Shown in pieces: positions 17,336 to 26,270 of a stretch of 33,568 nt of DNA; the stretch's first letter is position 1, and each line of letters opens with the position of its first letter. Origin of the DNA: Pseudomonadota bacterium (GTDB lineage: Bacteria > Bdellovibrionota_C > UBA2361 > OMII01). The stretch is from positions 134,987 through 168,554 of the forward strand of contig JAYPVM010000002.1 of assembly GCA_038134595.1 (NCBI GenBank), written 5' to 3'. A model generated the notes under the pieces. The model was not told the origin of the DNA. It did no database searches and worked only from the letters and a program-made list of their open reading frames with translations. Made by a program: the position numbers and the translations under genes.

Positions 17336-18220
17336 ATGAATACTCTCTTTACATCATCCACGCAAAGGATAAATTTCAATACTGTTCGCTATCTCTTTCA
17401 AAGACTGTGCCACGGTGCCGTGTTTGGATTTGCCGCGGTATCGCTATTGGTATCGGGCTGCAGTCTACGATACCAAGATGTCCCTGCATTTTGGCCCTTT
17501 CAAGTTGGAGAAAGAGAAAATTTTGGGCCGGGTCGTTTCAAGACAACTTTATTGGCTGGACAGATAGATCGCTATTACCGTGGTGTTGTGCCTGGCCCAA
17601 TCGGTGTGACTACATTTGTTAACATCGACGATCTGTACACGAGTTCTACCTTTGGAAGGATGGTTAGTGAGCAGTTGATGAGCGAGCTTGCTATGCAGGG
17701 CTTTGATGTAGTCGAGCTTCGACACGCTGATGCGCTACAGTTCCTGAATTCTTCTGGTGAATTCGCATTGTCACGGGATGTTCGGGCGGTTCGGTCTCAG
17801 CGGCAGTTGGCAGCTGTTGTGGTAGGGACCTATGTTGTGTCTCCTGATCGAGTGTATGTCAATGCGAGACTGGTTCAACCGAGCACTTCACTTGTTTTGT
17901 CAGTTGGTTCGGTAGAGATGGGCAAAACGAAAGAGCTCGCCAGACTTCTTCGTGGGGGTACGACCCCCGGCGCACTTGAGCGGATACCTGTCAAACACGT
18001 TGGTTACACTGATGGGAATGATTTTCGTCGTCAGCAATGGATGATGGAAGAATCGAATAGTTGGTCCTCCTCGTATCGGCCAGGCGTACCCACCGGTCAA
18101 TTGCCCCAGATAGTTGAAGCTCCAGTATCTAAGGAGCCTGCCGTGGTAGAGAGCCGGGAGGCAGTTCCGGAGGAGCCAAAGCCGGCTGATCACAATCTTT
18201 CAATCGGCCTTGGAAGCTAA
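17336..18220 (+). CDS. FlgO family outer-membrane lipoprotein
   Basis: Lipobox LVSGC; IGVTTFVNIDDLYTSSTFGRMVSEQL, GFDVVELR, GEFALSRDV, VVVGTY, VYVNARLV. Confidence 0.85.
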   Translation: MNTLFTSSTQRINFNTVRYLFQRLCHGAVFGFAAVSLLVSGCSLRYQDVPAFWPFQVGERENFGPGRFKTTLLAGQIDRYYRGVVPGPIGVTTFVNIDDLYTSSTFGRMVSEQLMSELAMQGFDVVELRHADALQFLNSSGEFALSRDVRAVRSQRQLAAVVVGTYVVSPDRVYVNARLVQPSTSLVLSVGSVEMGKTKELARLLRGGTTPGALERIPVKHVGYTDGNDFRRQQWMMEESNSWSSSYRPGVPTGQLPQIVEAPVSKEPAVVESREAVPEEPKPADHNLSIGLGS

Positions 18221-18395
18221 GTGTTTTTGGTTCTCTCAGACGTGTCGTTCTAATGAAAGATGGGCATCCTCGGTGGTACCTAGCGTAATATTTAAGGGTA
18301 TTACGGGACATTTGTGCACGTAGAGAACAGGATTTCAGGTGTACATTCTCAAAATTTTTGCTAAGTTCTTATCGTTATAGCGTGCTCTACGAATA

Positions 18396-19151
18396 ATGTG
18401 CTGGCACGAACGGGGTTTCTGGTCAGAAATCGAGAAATTACAGCGTTTCAACTCTCTACAAGGTATGGAAGCAACGGGAATTACGAGTCATTTTTGGATT
18501 GCTTCATCGGAGTGCTTTTCTTCTGCATTGCTAGTGGTAGCAGAGGATGTTGGAGAAAAGGCCTCGAGAGCATTGGTTAGTTGCTCTGTGTGCGATGTGG
18601 ATGGGGTGCCCGTGCAGGAGTTTCAGGTGGAGTACCCGGCGCGTGAGGTTGGCGTAATAGAACTTCAGCCGTTTCTTTCCGCCCTTAAAATGCGCGATGG
18701 GCTCGCCCATGGACATCTTATTGTCAGGACAAATGAAGGCTTCCGACACTTTTGCCGCTATCAGTTAGGTGAGCAGTCCGCGATGGTTCCCACACCGCGA
18801 CTCAACCGTGGTCGGGAGATGAGTTTTATGCCTCTGCTGCTCGGTAGTCATCGAGAGCACTTGCTTGTCCTAGTGAATGATTCCGAGGCAGAATCGCAGG
18901 TAGTGTTGCGGATAATGTATGGAACCCGTTCTCCGGAATGGACAGTGCAGATTCCCCCAAACGGCTCGAGGATGGTCAGTATCGAAAAAGAATTGCTTCC
19001 AACGTTTGATGATAGTTCATGGAAGAAGGGGGTGGTTCAGGGCTATCTTCGCGTTTCACCGAGAGGCTCGGGGGCGATTTCGTCTGCTATTATTGAGCGG
19101 GTAGAGAGCATAGAGGGTGATAACGAAATGTATCGCTGGATTGGAGTGTAG
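18396..19151 (+). CDS. Hypothetical protein (predicted beta-rich)
   Basis: 251 aa ORF, first of three co-oriented genes; no recognised family motif. Confidence 0.7.
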   Translation: MCWHERGFWSEIEKLQRFNSLQGMEATGITSHFWIASSECFSSALLVVAEDVGEKASRALVSCSVCDVDGVPVQEFQVEYPAREVGVIELQPFLSALKMRDGLAHGHLIVRTNEGFRHFCRYQLGEQSAMVPTPRLNRGREMSFMPLLLGSHREHLLVLVNDSEAESQVVLRIMYGTRSPEWTVQIPPNGSRMVSIEKELLPTFDDSSWKKGVVQGYLRVSPRGSGAISSAIIERVESIEGDNEMYRWIGV

Positions 19152-19167
19152 GTAGGGTGTTCTAACG

Positions 19168-19935
19168 ATGGGATTATCTGAGAGAACCATTGCAAATGAG
19201 GTCGTTAGCAAGTGTTTTTTCTGGAGAGCTCCGGACACTCGTTCGCGTATTCATTTCTTTCCAACTGCTGGAACAGCCGGCGGGCATTATCCTGTGGCGT
19301 GTTCACTTAGATTATTTGGTAAAGGGCTCAAGGATCGCTCCGTTGAGCTTGAGGGAGGGCGAGTAAGTCAGCCAGATGGTCTTCGTATAGAAGATGCGTT
19401 TCCGGACTTGCCGAGCGATATATCTGGTCCTGTTGGATTGGAGGTTGGTCTAAAGGTGAGCCAGGGGCGGCTTAATTTGCTGGGCTCTGAGGTTTTTATC
19501 GAATCATCCTCCGCACAGATGAATATGGTGTACAATGGGGCCCCGTTTCGGGTGGTTCGTCGAGGCGATGGAGATAGTGTTCGTGTTGAATCGTTAGCCT
19601 CTAAACGAACGGGGGTGGTCGCTGTTCAAGGCGGTCAGACTGCGTCTTTAATAATTATTAACACAGGACTTGATTCGGCCAAGCCAAAACTAACCATGTT
19701 TCGCGAGGAGAGAGAGGACTCGGTTCAGCTTGGTACTATCGGCCCGTTAACGGTATTCGAGTTTCCTTTGCATGAGCTGTTGATGCAGGGCGCACAGAAG
19801 CATCAGATACAGTCGACTGAGGTTCAGATCGCACCGGTTTGTTGTAGCCTGTCAGAGGACATTGCTCAACTGGAGTTCTACGTGTTGTATCGGGATGCTA
19901 ATTCAAAGACCCCGTGTTTCGTGAATGTTTTATGA
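19168..19935 (+). CDS. Hypothetical protein (predicted beta-rich)
   Basis: 255 aa ORF starting 16 nt after the previous stop; ATGA overlap with the next gene. Confidence 0.7.
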   Translation: MGLSERTIANEVVSKCFFWRAPDTRSRIHFFPTAGTAGGHYPVACSLRLFGKGLKDRSVELEGGRVSQPDGLRIEDAFPDLPSDISGPVGLEVGLKVSQGRLNLLGSEVFIESSSAQMNMVYNGAPFRVVRRGDGDSVRVESLASKRTGVVAVQGGQTASLIIINTGLDSAKPKLTMFREEREDSVQLGTIGPLTVFEFPLHELLMQGAQKHQIQSTEVQIAPVCCSLSEDIAQLEFYVLYRDANSKTPCFVNVL

Positions 19936-20714
19936 AGGTATCTGTTTTTTCACCCTATGGCGTCGTCGAAAGAGAGAGTGGGCTAGTCTCACTGCTATCT
20001 AATTATATTTCAAAGCGCGGTGCGGATGTTGCGCAATTTCAGTGTGATGGAGGATTGCCGGTCTGCGGGCGAGACAAGCACGGCGGTATTGTTCGCACTC
20101 CGTATCAATGTGCGCAGTGTATGGGCGAGCAGGGTGAACTGGTGGTTTGGTCGGGGACGACGGGTCGAATGTTGTCGAAACATATTGTACCCGAGGATGT
20201 CCGGACTACGTTTGAGTGGCTTTTGAATGTGTCAGCTGATCAACTTAGTAGATTGGAGTTTCGTGGGGTAAATCTGATTGAAGTTTGTGCGGTTGAGATG
20301 TCCGCGAGATGGCAATCTTTTGATGTAGATGATCTCTCCGATCCTCAGGAGCGCGATCTTCGCTCGCTTTTTCATGCATATGTTCGAACGGCGGTGGCTA
20401 CCGAGCGGTTCTATCAGAGTTGGAAACCGCAGCTTGCGATTGTAACTTCGTTAGAAGATCCGATAGTGCATGCTCATGCAACGCAGCTTCAGCGATTGGG
20501 TGTTGATGTAGCTGTTTGTCGATACGACGGTAGTAATGATGTGGTTGTTGTTGAGTCACCCTTTGAGCAAACGCAGTATAGTACACCACTGGTTCTTGAC
20601 CGGATAACATCGATGCGCGCAGACCCACGCACGTGGGGGCCTGAGGTGACAGCAATGGCACATGAGCTGTTGACGTTTCTTGGATGTGCGCCGGATAAGG
20701 TGCTACCGCAGTAG
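19932..20714 (+). CDS. Hypothetical protein with Cys cluster; resembles the N-terminal half of capsule-biosynthesis-associated proteins
   Basis: MKVSVFS start via ATGA overlap; CDGGLPVC...CAQC motif; WKPQLAIV Rossmann-like strand. Confidence 0.65.
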   Translation: MKVSVFSPYGVVERESGLVSLLSNYISKRGADVAQFQCDGGLPVCGRDKHGGIVRTPYQCAQCMGEQGELVVWSGTTGRMLSKHIVPEDVRTTFEWLLNVSADQLSRLEFRGVNLIEVCAVEMSARWQSFDVDDLSDPQERDLRSLFHAYVRTAVATERFYQSWKPQLAIVTSLEDPIVHAHATQLQRLGVDVAVCRYDGSNDVVVVESPFEQTQYSTPLVLDRITSMRADPRTWGPEVTAMAHELLTFLGCAPDKVLPQ

Positions 20715-20879
20715 TAACTCCGAATAATACTCAGATATTTAGAGCGAGAGGCCTATAGGAGATGGCGTAGAGTAGACGGAGTTGGTCGATGACGCCGATG
20801 TGCAGTAATGGCATTACAAGGAAATTGTATTTACCGTTGATTTGCCCGGCAAAATCATAGCTGGCGTAATGCAGCTCTT

Positions 20880-22208
20880 TCATCTAATAGCATCTCGGAT
20901 TTTTGTCAGAAGAGCTATGTTGTCTGAGTGACCGGTCATTGATGCGGTGATGCGTCCCTGCAATCTGCGACCAAGTAGGTAGAGATCCCCGATTGCATCG
21001 AGAATTTTGTGTCGTACCGGTTCATTGTGGAATCTCCACGCATCGTTGATGGCGCCTTCTGTACCGATAAGCAAGAAGTTGTCGAACCGTCCCCCTAGAG
21101 CTAGTCCCTGTCTCTGAAGATGACCTACGTCTTTTACAAAACTAAATGTTCGAGAGGGGGCTATCTGCTGCTTGTACTCCTCGGGTGAGGTTAATTCAAA
21201 TGAGAAATGCTGCTCGCCAACGGGCTCGGGATACCGAAGTGTGTATTCAATCGAGAGATTGTCAGCAGGCTCTATTTTAATCCACTCACTCTCATCTCCG
21301 ATGGTAATTGTGTCTTCTATTTTTAAGTCGAACCAATCACCGCTCTGTTCAACAAGGCCGACGTCGTCGAAAAGATTACAGAACTCGAGCGCCGATCCGT
21401 CCATTACTGGAACCTCGCCGTTACATTTTATTAAAAGGTTAGAAACCCCGTATGCGCAAAGCGCAGACATGAGATGCTCGATAGTTCCGGCTTGTGTTTG
21501 ACCAAGTTTTACTGTGGTCGCAAAACCGGTCGACTCAACAAAGTCAACGTGCGCAGGCACTGGCATTGGCTCTGAGATGCCTACGAAATGGATTCCAGAA
21601 TTGGCGGGAAGGGGCTCAAGAATCAGGCCGCTTTTTCGACCCGAGTGTAAACCTTGGCCGTATAGGATAGCAGCTTGTTTAATAGTCCGTTGGGCGCGTT
21701 TCGTGCCGCAACTCCTCTGATCGGTGAAGACGATGGATTGTATAGGAAGCGTAGGGCGGTGCATTTGTATTGCAACCGATTCGATCGGTTCCCATCGAAC
21801 AGCTGAGTCAGAATCCTCCGAAGGGAGATTGGTTTCGAGTGCTTTTTGAACTAGATTGACAACAGAGTTTAAGTCGAGGGGCTTCTCGAGAAAGTCCAGT
21901 GCCCCTTGACGCGTGGACGCGATGGCAGTTGAAATTGTGGCATGCCCACTAATCATTATTACTTGAGTAGATGGAGCAAGCTCTTTGATTCTTTGAAGAG
22001 TTTCTAGGCCGTCCAAGCCAGGCATCCAAATGTCGAGGAGCACAACCGGTGGTTTTCGCTCAGTAATTGCCGTTAGTGCAGATTCTCCGTCTTCGGCTTC
22101 TATCACAGCGATTCCCTCATCGCCCAAGATCTCTTTAAGGGAGCGGCGTATGCTTGCCTCGTCATCGACGACAAGAACTAGTTTTTCTGGGTGTGACTGG
22201 GTGTTCAT
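20880..22208 (-). CDS. lpxC: Fusion of response-regulator receiver domain and UDP-3-O-acyl-N-acetylglucosamine deacetylase LpxC
   Basis: aa 10-125 REC: VLVVDDE, LLDIWMPGLDG, MISGHA, FLEKP. aa 173-442 LpxC: QRTIK..GQGLHSG, TIEHLMSAL, EVPVMDGSA, APSRTF, EPVRHKILDAIGDL, GHSDN. One uninterrupted frame. Confidence 0.93.
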   Translation of the reverse strand: MNTQSHPEKLVLVVDDEASIRRSLKEILGDEGIAVIEAEDGESALTAITERKPPVVLLDIWMPGLDGLETLQRIKELAPSTQVIMISGHATISTAIASTRQGALDFLEKPLDLNSVVNLVQKALETNLPSEDSDSAVRWEPIESVAIQMHRPTLPIQSIVFTDQRSCGTKRAQRTIKQAAILYGQGLHSGRKSGLILEPLPANSGIHFVGISEPMPVPAHVDFVESTGFATTVKLGQTQAGTIEHLMSALCAYGVSNLLIKCNGEVPVMDGSALEFCNLFDDVGLVEQSGDWFDLKIEDTITIGDESEWIKIEPADNLSIEYTLRYPEPVGEQHFSFELTSPEEYKQQIAPSRTFSFVKDVGHLQRQGLALGGRFDNFLLIGTEGAINDAWRFHNEPVRHKILDAIGDLYLLGRRLQGRITASMTGHSDNIALLTKIRDAIR

Positions 22209-22416
22209 GCGTGGTGCCGTTGACTCTAGATTAGGTATGATTTGATAGTTTTTCGCTCTTTTGATTTTAGAGCATAGTACGGTGGTTGTTTTGGAAAAGC
22301 AAATTTATCACAGCCCTTTATAGGCTAAATGGCTGAAAAAACACCATTTGGGATCGACAGATGAGTGTGGCAAGGTTGTGAGTTAATGCACCGGCAAGCA
22401 TTGACCTCTCATCTTA

Positions 22417-23355
22417 ATGGTTGCCATGTTTCGTCGACTTTTTGAAAAAAAACAAGCCGCTGAGGGAGCCGAGCGCCCGCTACTTTCTGAAGCCTTACAG
22501 GGAAGCATCCTACACTCCCTGGGGTTAAAGGATGTGCCGAGCATGCCTGCCACCGCTCAAGAGGCATTTCGTGTCGCTATAGACCCTAATTCAGATGCGA
22601 GAGATTTCATCGATGTCATCGAGGCTGATGAGGGTTTTTCCGCACGGTTACTCAAGATTGCCAATTCGGTTTTTTATGATAGAGGCGGAGGGAGTAAGAC
22701 AATTGTTGATGCTGTGAATGTAGTCGGGATCTCCGAACTACGAAATCTTTTAAACGCAAGCGTTCTCTCTGGTTTGTTTCCAGTGAGGCACTATCTCCGC
22801 GCAGAATTTTGGACCCACAATATTGCTACTGCGTTGACTGCTAAGGTTCTGGCACAAAACTTAATGACTGAGCGAAGCGAAAGCGTGTTTTTAGCCGGCA
22901 TGATGCATGATGTTGGAAAGCTGCTCATCTTACAGCAGCACGTTGGTAACTACGAAGAAATCGTTAAAAAGGGCCTAGCAACTGGTGTGGAATCTACCGT
23001 TTCGGAAGTTTCCGAGTATCCCTATGACCATACCCACGTTGGACATATGTTGGCAGATCGGTGGCGGTTCTCCCCGCAACTTACGGATGTAATTGCAAAT
23101 CACCACAAACGATGGACTGAACTTGAAAAAGGCTCGCTTGTAAGTGTTGTGAAGCTTGCGGATATGATTGTTCATGTAGGCTCATTTGGGTGTGAACACG
23201 ATTCGGTTGCATATAAGCGAATCTACGCCCCGCTGTTGGAAGAGGCATGGATGCATTTTGGAGTGCCCCTGCGAGAGCAAAAGCAGGTGCTGCAACAAGC
23301 CGAGTTGGATTTTTATAGTGAGTTTCAGAATTTCGAAGCGTGGGGAAGGTCGTGA
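22417..23355 (+). CDS. HDOD domain protein
   Basis: VPSMP, SARLLKIANS, FWTHNIATA, LAGMMHDVGKL, DHTHVGHMLADRWRFS, IANHH. Confidence 0.92.
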   Translation: MVAMFRRLFEKKQAAEGAERPLLSEALQGSILHSLGLKDVPSMPATAQEAFRVAIDPNSDARDFIDVIEADEGFSARLLKIANSVFYDRGGGSKTIVDAVNVVGISELRNLLNASVLSGLFPVRHYLRAEFWTHNIATALTAKVLAQNLMTERSESVFLAGMMHDVGKLLILQQHVGNYEEIVKKGLATGVESTVSEVSEYPYDHTHVGHMLADRWRFSPQLTDVIANHHKRWTELEKGSLVSVVKLADMIVHVGSFGCEHDSVAYKRIYAPLLEEAWMHFGVPLREQKQVLQQAELDFYSEFQNFEAWGRS

Positions 23356-24599
23356 TTACGCTTGCGCTCGGATTGATCATAGGAATTATGTTTTGCTGTA
23401 TCAGTGAGTCTGTCAGACTATCCGGCGAGGAGCACTGTGGCGGATTCTCCAGGCTTATAGTAGCTGCGAAGAAAATATTTTCGTTTGGGAAGGTGGCTAA
23501 CTCTTCACCGTATCTTACTCCTTCGAGTGAGCGGCTCGTGTCTCAATACAAATCACTTACAGACAATATAGCCGCCTCAATAATGCTACACGAGCATACT
23601 GGAGAGATAGCATGGTGTAGTCCGTATACCGAGGTGCTTACTGGATATTCTCGGGCAGAGATAGAGAATGATAGGAATGAGTTTCTAGAAAAACATATCT
23701 TCGAAGAGGATAGGAGCGCGTTTCAGCGGGCTTTTCGTGTTGTAACGAGTGGTGAGCCGTATCAATATCGATTTCGTTTTCGGCATAAGTCGGGAGTTCT
23801 CCTCTGGTTGGAGACACGAGCTGTGCCGGTATATCACCCAAAATCAACATCACACATGTGTCTTACAATAACTATTGATGTGACAGCTTCAGTGCATGAT
23901 CAGTTAAAGCTTGAGGAGCGAAATCGAGATCTGAACGATTTTACCTATATGATTTCCCACGACTTGAGGGCGCCGATTTTGACGTTACAAGGGATGGTTG
24001 GTGTTCTCGAGGATCAATGTGTGGCACTCCCGGATCGCGAAGTGGAGACGACAATTGCGCATATGCGAAAGTCAATTGTTCGCTTGGAGTCACTAGTCGG
24101 TGGAATATTAGAATTGGCTCAGATTTCGGTCTCGGAGCGGGAACATGAAGGAGTTCCTTTGGCCGATGTTTTGAGAGAGGTAACTGCGGATTATGAGATA
24201 GAGATAAAAAAGGCAGATGCACATATCCACATTCCTGCGGAACTTCCTATTGTAAGTGGCAATTCAAAATTTCTTTATCATATCTTCTCCAATCTATTGA
24301 GTAACGCACTGAAGTACAAAGACGAAGAACGTACGTTAGAAATAGAGGTCCGAAGTGAGTATGTCGCGGCGAAGCGACGGTTCTGTATCTCGTTTCGTGA
24401 TAACGGTCGCGGAATTTCCGAAGAGTATCATAAGGAGATCTTCAAGCCATTTGTTCGTATGGCAGGTGGTCAGGAAGATGGATGCGGCGTCGGACTGGCT
24501 ACAGTGTCTAAGCTAGTTGAAAAGATAGGCGGCAGGATAGCAATTCAAAATGCAGAACCGGGAACTGAGTTCGTTGTCGAATTAAGGCGGCCGCTCTAG
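23352..24599 (+). CDS. PAS-domain sensor histidine kinase
   Basis: N-terminal TM; PAS/PAC (LTGYSRAE, FRFRHKSG..LWLE); H-box SHDLRAP; N-box NLLSNALKY; DNGRGI; IFKPF; GCGVGLA. GTGA overlap with the HDOD stop. Confidence 0.92.
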   Translation: MITLALGLIIGIMFCCISESVRLSGEEHCGGFSRLIVAAKKIFSFGKVANSSPYLTPSSERLVSQYKSLTDNIAASIMLHEHTGEIAWCSPYTEVLTGYSRAEIENDRNEFLEKHIFEEDRSAFQRAFRVVTSGEPYQYRFRFRHKSGVLLWLETRAVPVYHPKSTSHMCLTITIDVTASVHDQLKLEERNRDLNDFTYMISHDLRAPILTLQGMVGVLEDQCVALPDREVETTIAHMRKSIVRLESLVGGILELAQISVSEREHEGVPLADVLREVTADYEIEIKKADAHIHIPAELPIVSGNSKFLYHIFSNLLSNALKYKDEERTLEIEVRSEYVAAKRRFCISFRDNGRGISEEYHKEIFKPFVRMAGGQEDGCGVGLATVSKLVEKIGGRIAIQNAEPGTEFVVELRRPL

Positions 24600-24623
24600 T
24601 GCTTGCTCGTCTTACGTCTCCAC

Positions 24624-25313
24624 CTAGAATCGGTTCAGAAGAGCGTGAAGTGTTTCAGGCTTGACGAGACGAAATTCAAACCGACCAAGCTGTAGCGTGT
24701 CGTCAGGCGCTATTGTTTGAGAGCCTTTTAGAAGTTGGCCGTTTATTCGAATTCTGTTTTTTGCCCCGATGTCAGTGATTTGAATTCCTTGAGGCGTCAG
24801 CGTAAGTTTGGCGTGGTGCCGTGATATTGTGGTATCTATGAGACGAATGTCACACCCTTGCGCTCGTCCGATACGTAGTTCTGTATAATCGCGGGAAAGG
24901 GTTTGATGGTCTAGCTCCTTTCGAAGCGGAAACATGGCGCGCTGTATGGCATCTCTTTCGAGTAATTGTTGAATTTGTTTTGCAAAAAACAGCCGAGTTG
25001 CTGTCATGCTCGTTGGAGCTTGTCTTAGTCCGTGGAGAGGCTCTTGCTCGGAGTAAATGCCGCTACCTATGAGGCACGAAAAAGGAAGGAATTCACAAAA
25101 CTCATCTACGCGCAGAAGTTTAGCAACTTCCTTAATGCGATCTGTGCGGACCTTGCCGTTTGAATGCAGGACGTCGTGGAGTAGATAATGCGTGTCAGGC
25201 CTTTGTTTCCCTTGCGAACAGATGCTGATAATTTTTTTCTTTAGATAGCGGAGGCGGCTCAGCATTCTATTCCTTTGGGCTATAAGCGTCTTGTTTCGCC
25301 TGCAATGAGGCAA
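24624..25313 (-). CDS. FHA domain protein (start uncertain; ATG 25265 is an alternative)
   Basis: C-terminal IGRAQGCDIRLIDTTISRHHA...DIGAKNRIRING...DTLQLG. Confidence 0.85.
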   Translation of the reverse strand: MPHCRRNKTLIAQRNRMLSRLRYLKKKIISICSQGKQRPDTHYLLHDVLHSNGKVRTDRIKEVAKLLRVDEFCEFLPFSCLIGSGIYSEQEPLHGLRQAPTSMTATRLFFAKQIQQLLERDAIQRAMFPLRKELDHQTLSRDYTELRIGRAQGCDIRLIDTTISRHHAKLTLTPQGIQITDIGAKNRIRINGQLLKGSQTIAPDDTLQLGRFEFRLVKPETLHALLNRF

Positions 25314-25451
25314 TTGGGTGTGACTAACGTATCAGAATACATCCGTCTCATGGAAGAGGAGAAATGGAGTGATAAGTTGAGGTTTGCTCTTTATTCTCCA
25401 AGAAAACGCATTGGTGAGGATGTTTGTGTGTGGATTCGATACATAAGCAAT

Positions 25452-25480
25452 AAAAAAGCCTCGCGTATGAGCGAGGCTTT
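25452..25480 (-). terminator. Rho-independent terminator of the 25503-25847 gene
   Basis: Minus strand AAAGCCTCGC-TCATAC-GCGAGGCTTT running into a T6 tract, about 22 nt after the stop. Confidence 0.8.
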
Positions 25481-25502
25481 AGGGGAGATAGACGCGCTGT
25501 TT

Positions 25503-25847
25503 TTAGCAGTAATTTTCTACGTCATCGACGTCATCAATAACATCGTCATTAGCGATGCTTGAAACCGAAGTCAAGATGGCGCGTGCGTCATCTCGTATCA
25601 TAGCTGATAGACTATTTATAAGAGTAACGTTGCGATTTACTTCGTCCCAATTTTTCTGAGCAACAGCTTCGCAGAGAGAGGTTGCCAATGATCGTTGCTT
25701 GGCAAGAATGGTATCGTAGGAGGCTAGTCGCTTAACTACCGATTCAGGAATCGAATCCTTCGCTTCAAACGTACTCCTTGCTTTCTGGATCGCCGCTTCA
25801 AGTTCCGTAAACGATGCAAAAAGACGCTCTATCATATTTGATTCCAT
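25503..25847 (-). CDS. Hypothetical helical protein with acidic tail
   Basis: GGGAG RBS before ATG 25847; amphipathic helices; has its own terminator. Confidence 0.75.
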   Translation of the reverse strand: MESNMIERLFASFTELEAAIQKARSTFEAKDSIPESVVKRLASYDTILAKQRSLATSLCEAVAQKNWDEVNRNVTLINSLSAMIRDDARAILTSVSSIANDDVIDDVDDVENYC

Positions 25848-26270
25848 GGTCTGCTCCCTGTTTATCTCTTTCGTTGCCTTTCTAATATCCAAATCAAGCT
25901 AGCCTTATGGTGTGTTCCACAAAGACCTTAGTTGAGGTATTGCGAGTTCTTCCCATCGAGTAGCATTGCTTTGGTATTCTTTTTTACGGACCCTACGAGA
26001 TTCTACCGCAAAAGATTCCAAAACCGCCAGATTTGAATAGTAATCGCTAGTTGCAGGGGGCTTGCTTCTGGATTTTTTGTTTTTCTGCCAAAAGAAGCTC
26101 GCCCAACACGTAGCGACGACAAATGTCACGATTCGGTTTCTCTCTTTGTGGTATCCTGTAGGTAGTGTGTCCATATCGAGTCGGTTGCAACTTGGTTGCC
26201 AAGCGTGGCGCACTCTGAAAGTGTCGTTATAATAGGTAGTTAGAGGTGTTGAAGGTGAGCTAGAGGGTGC

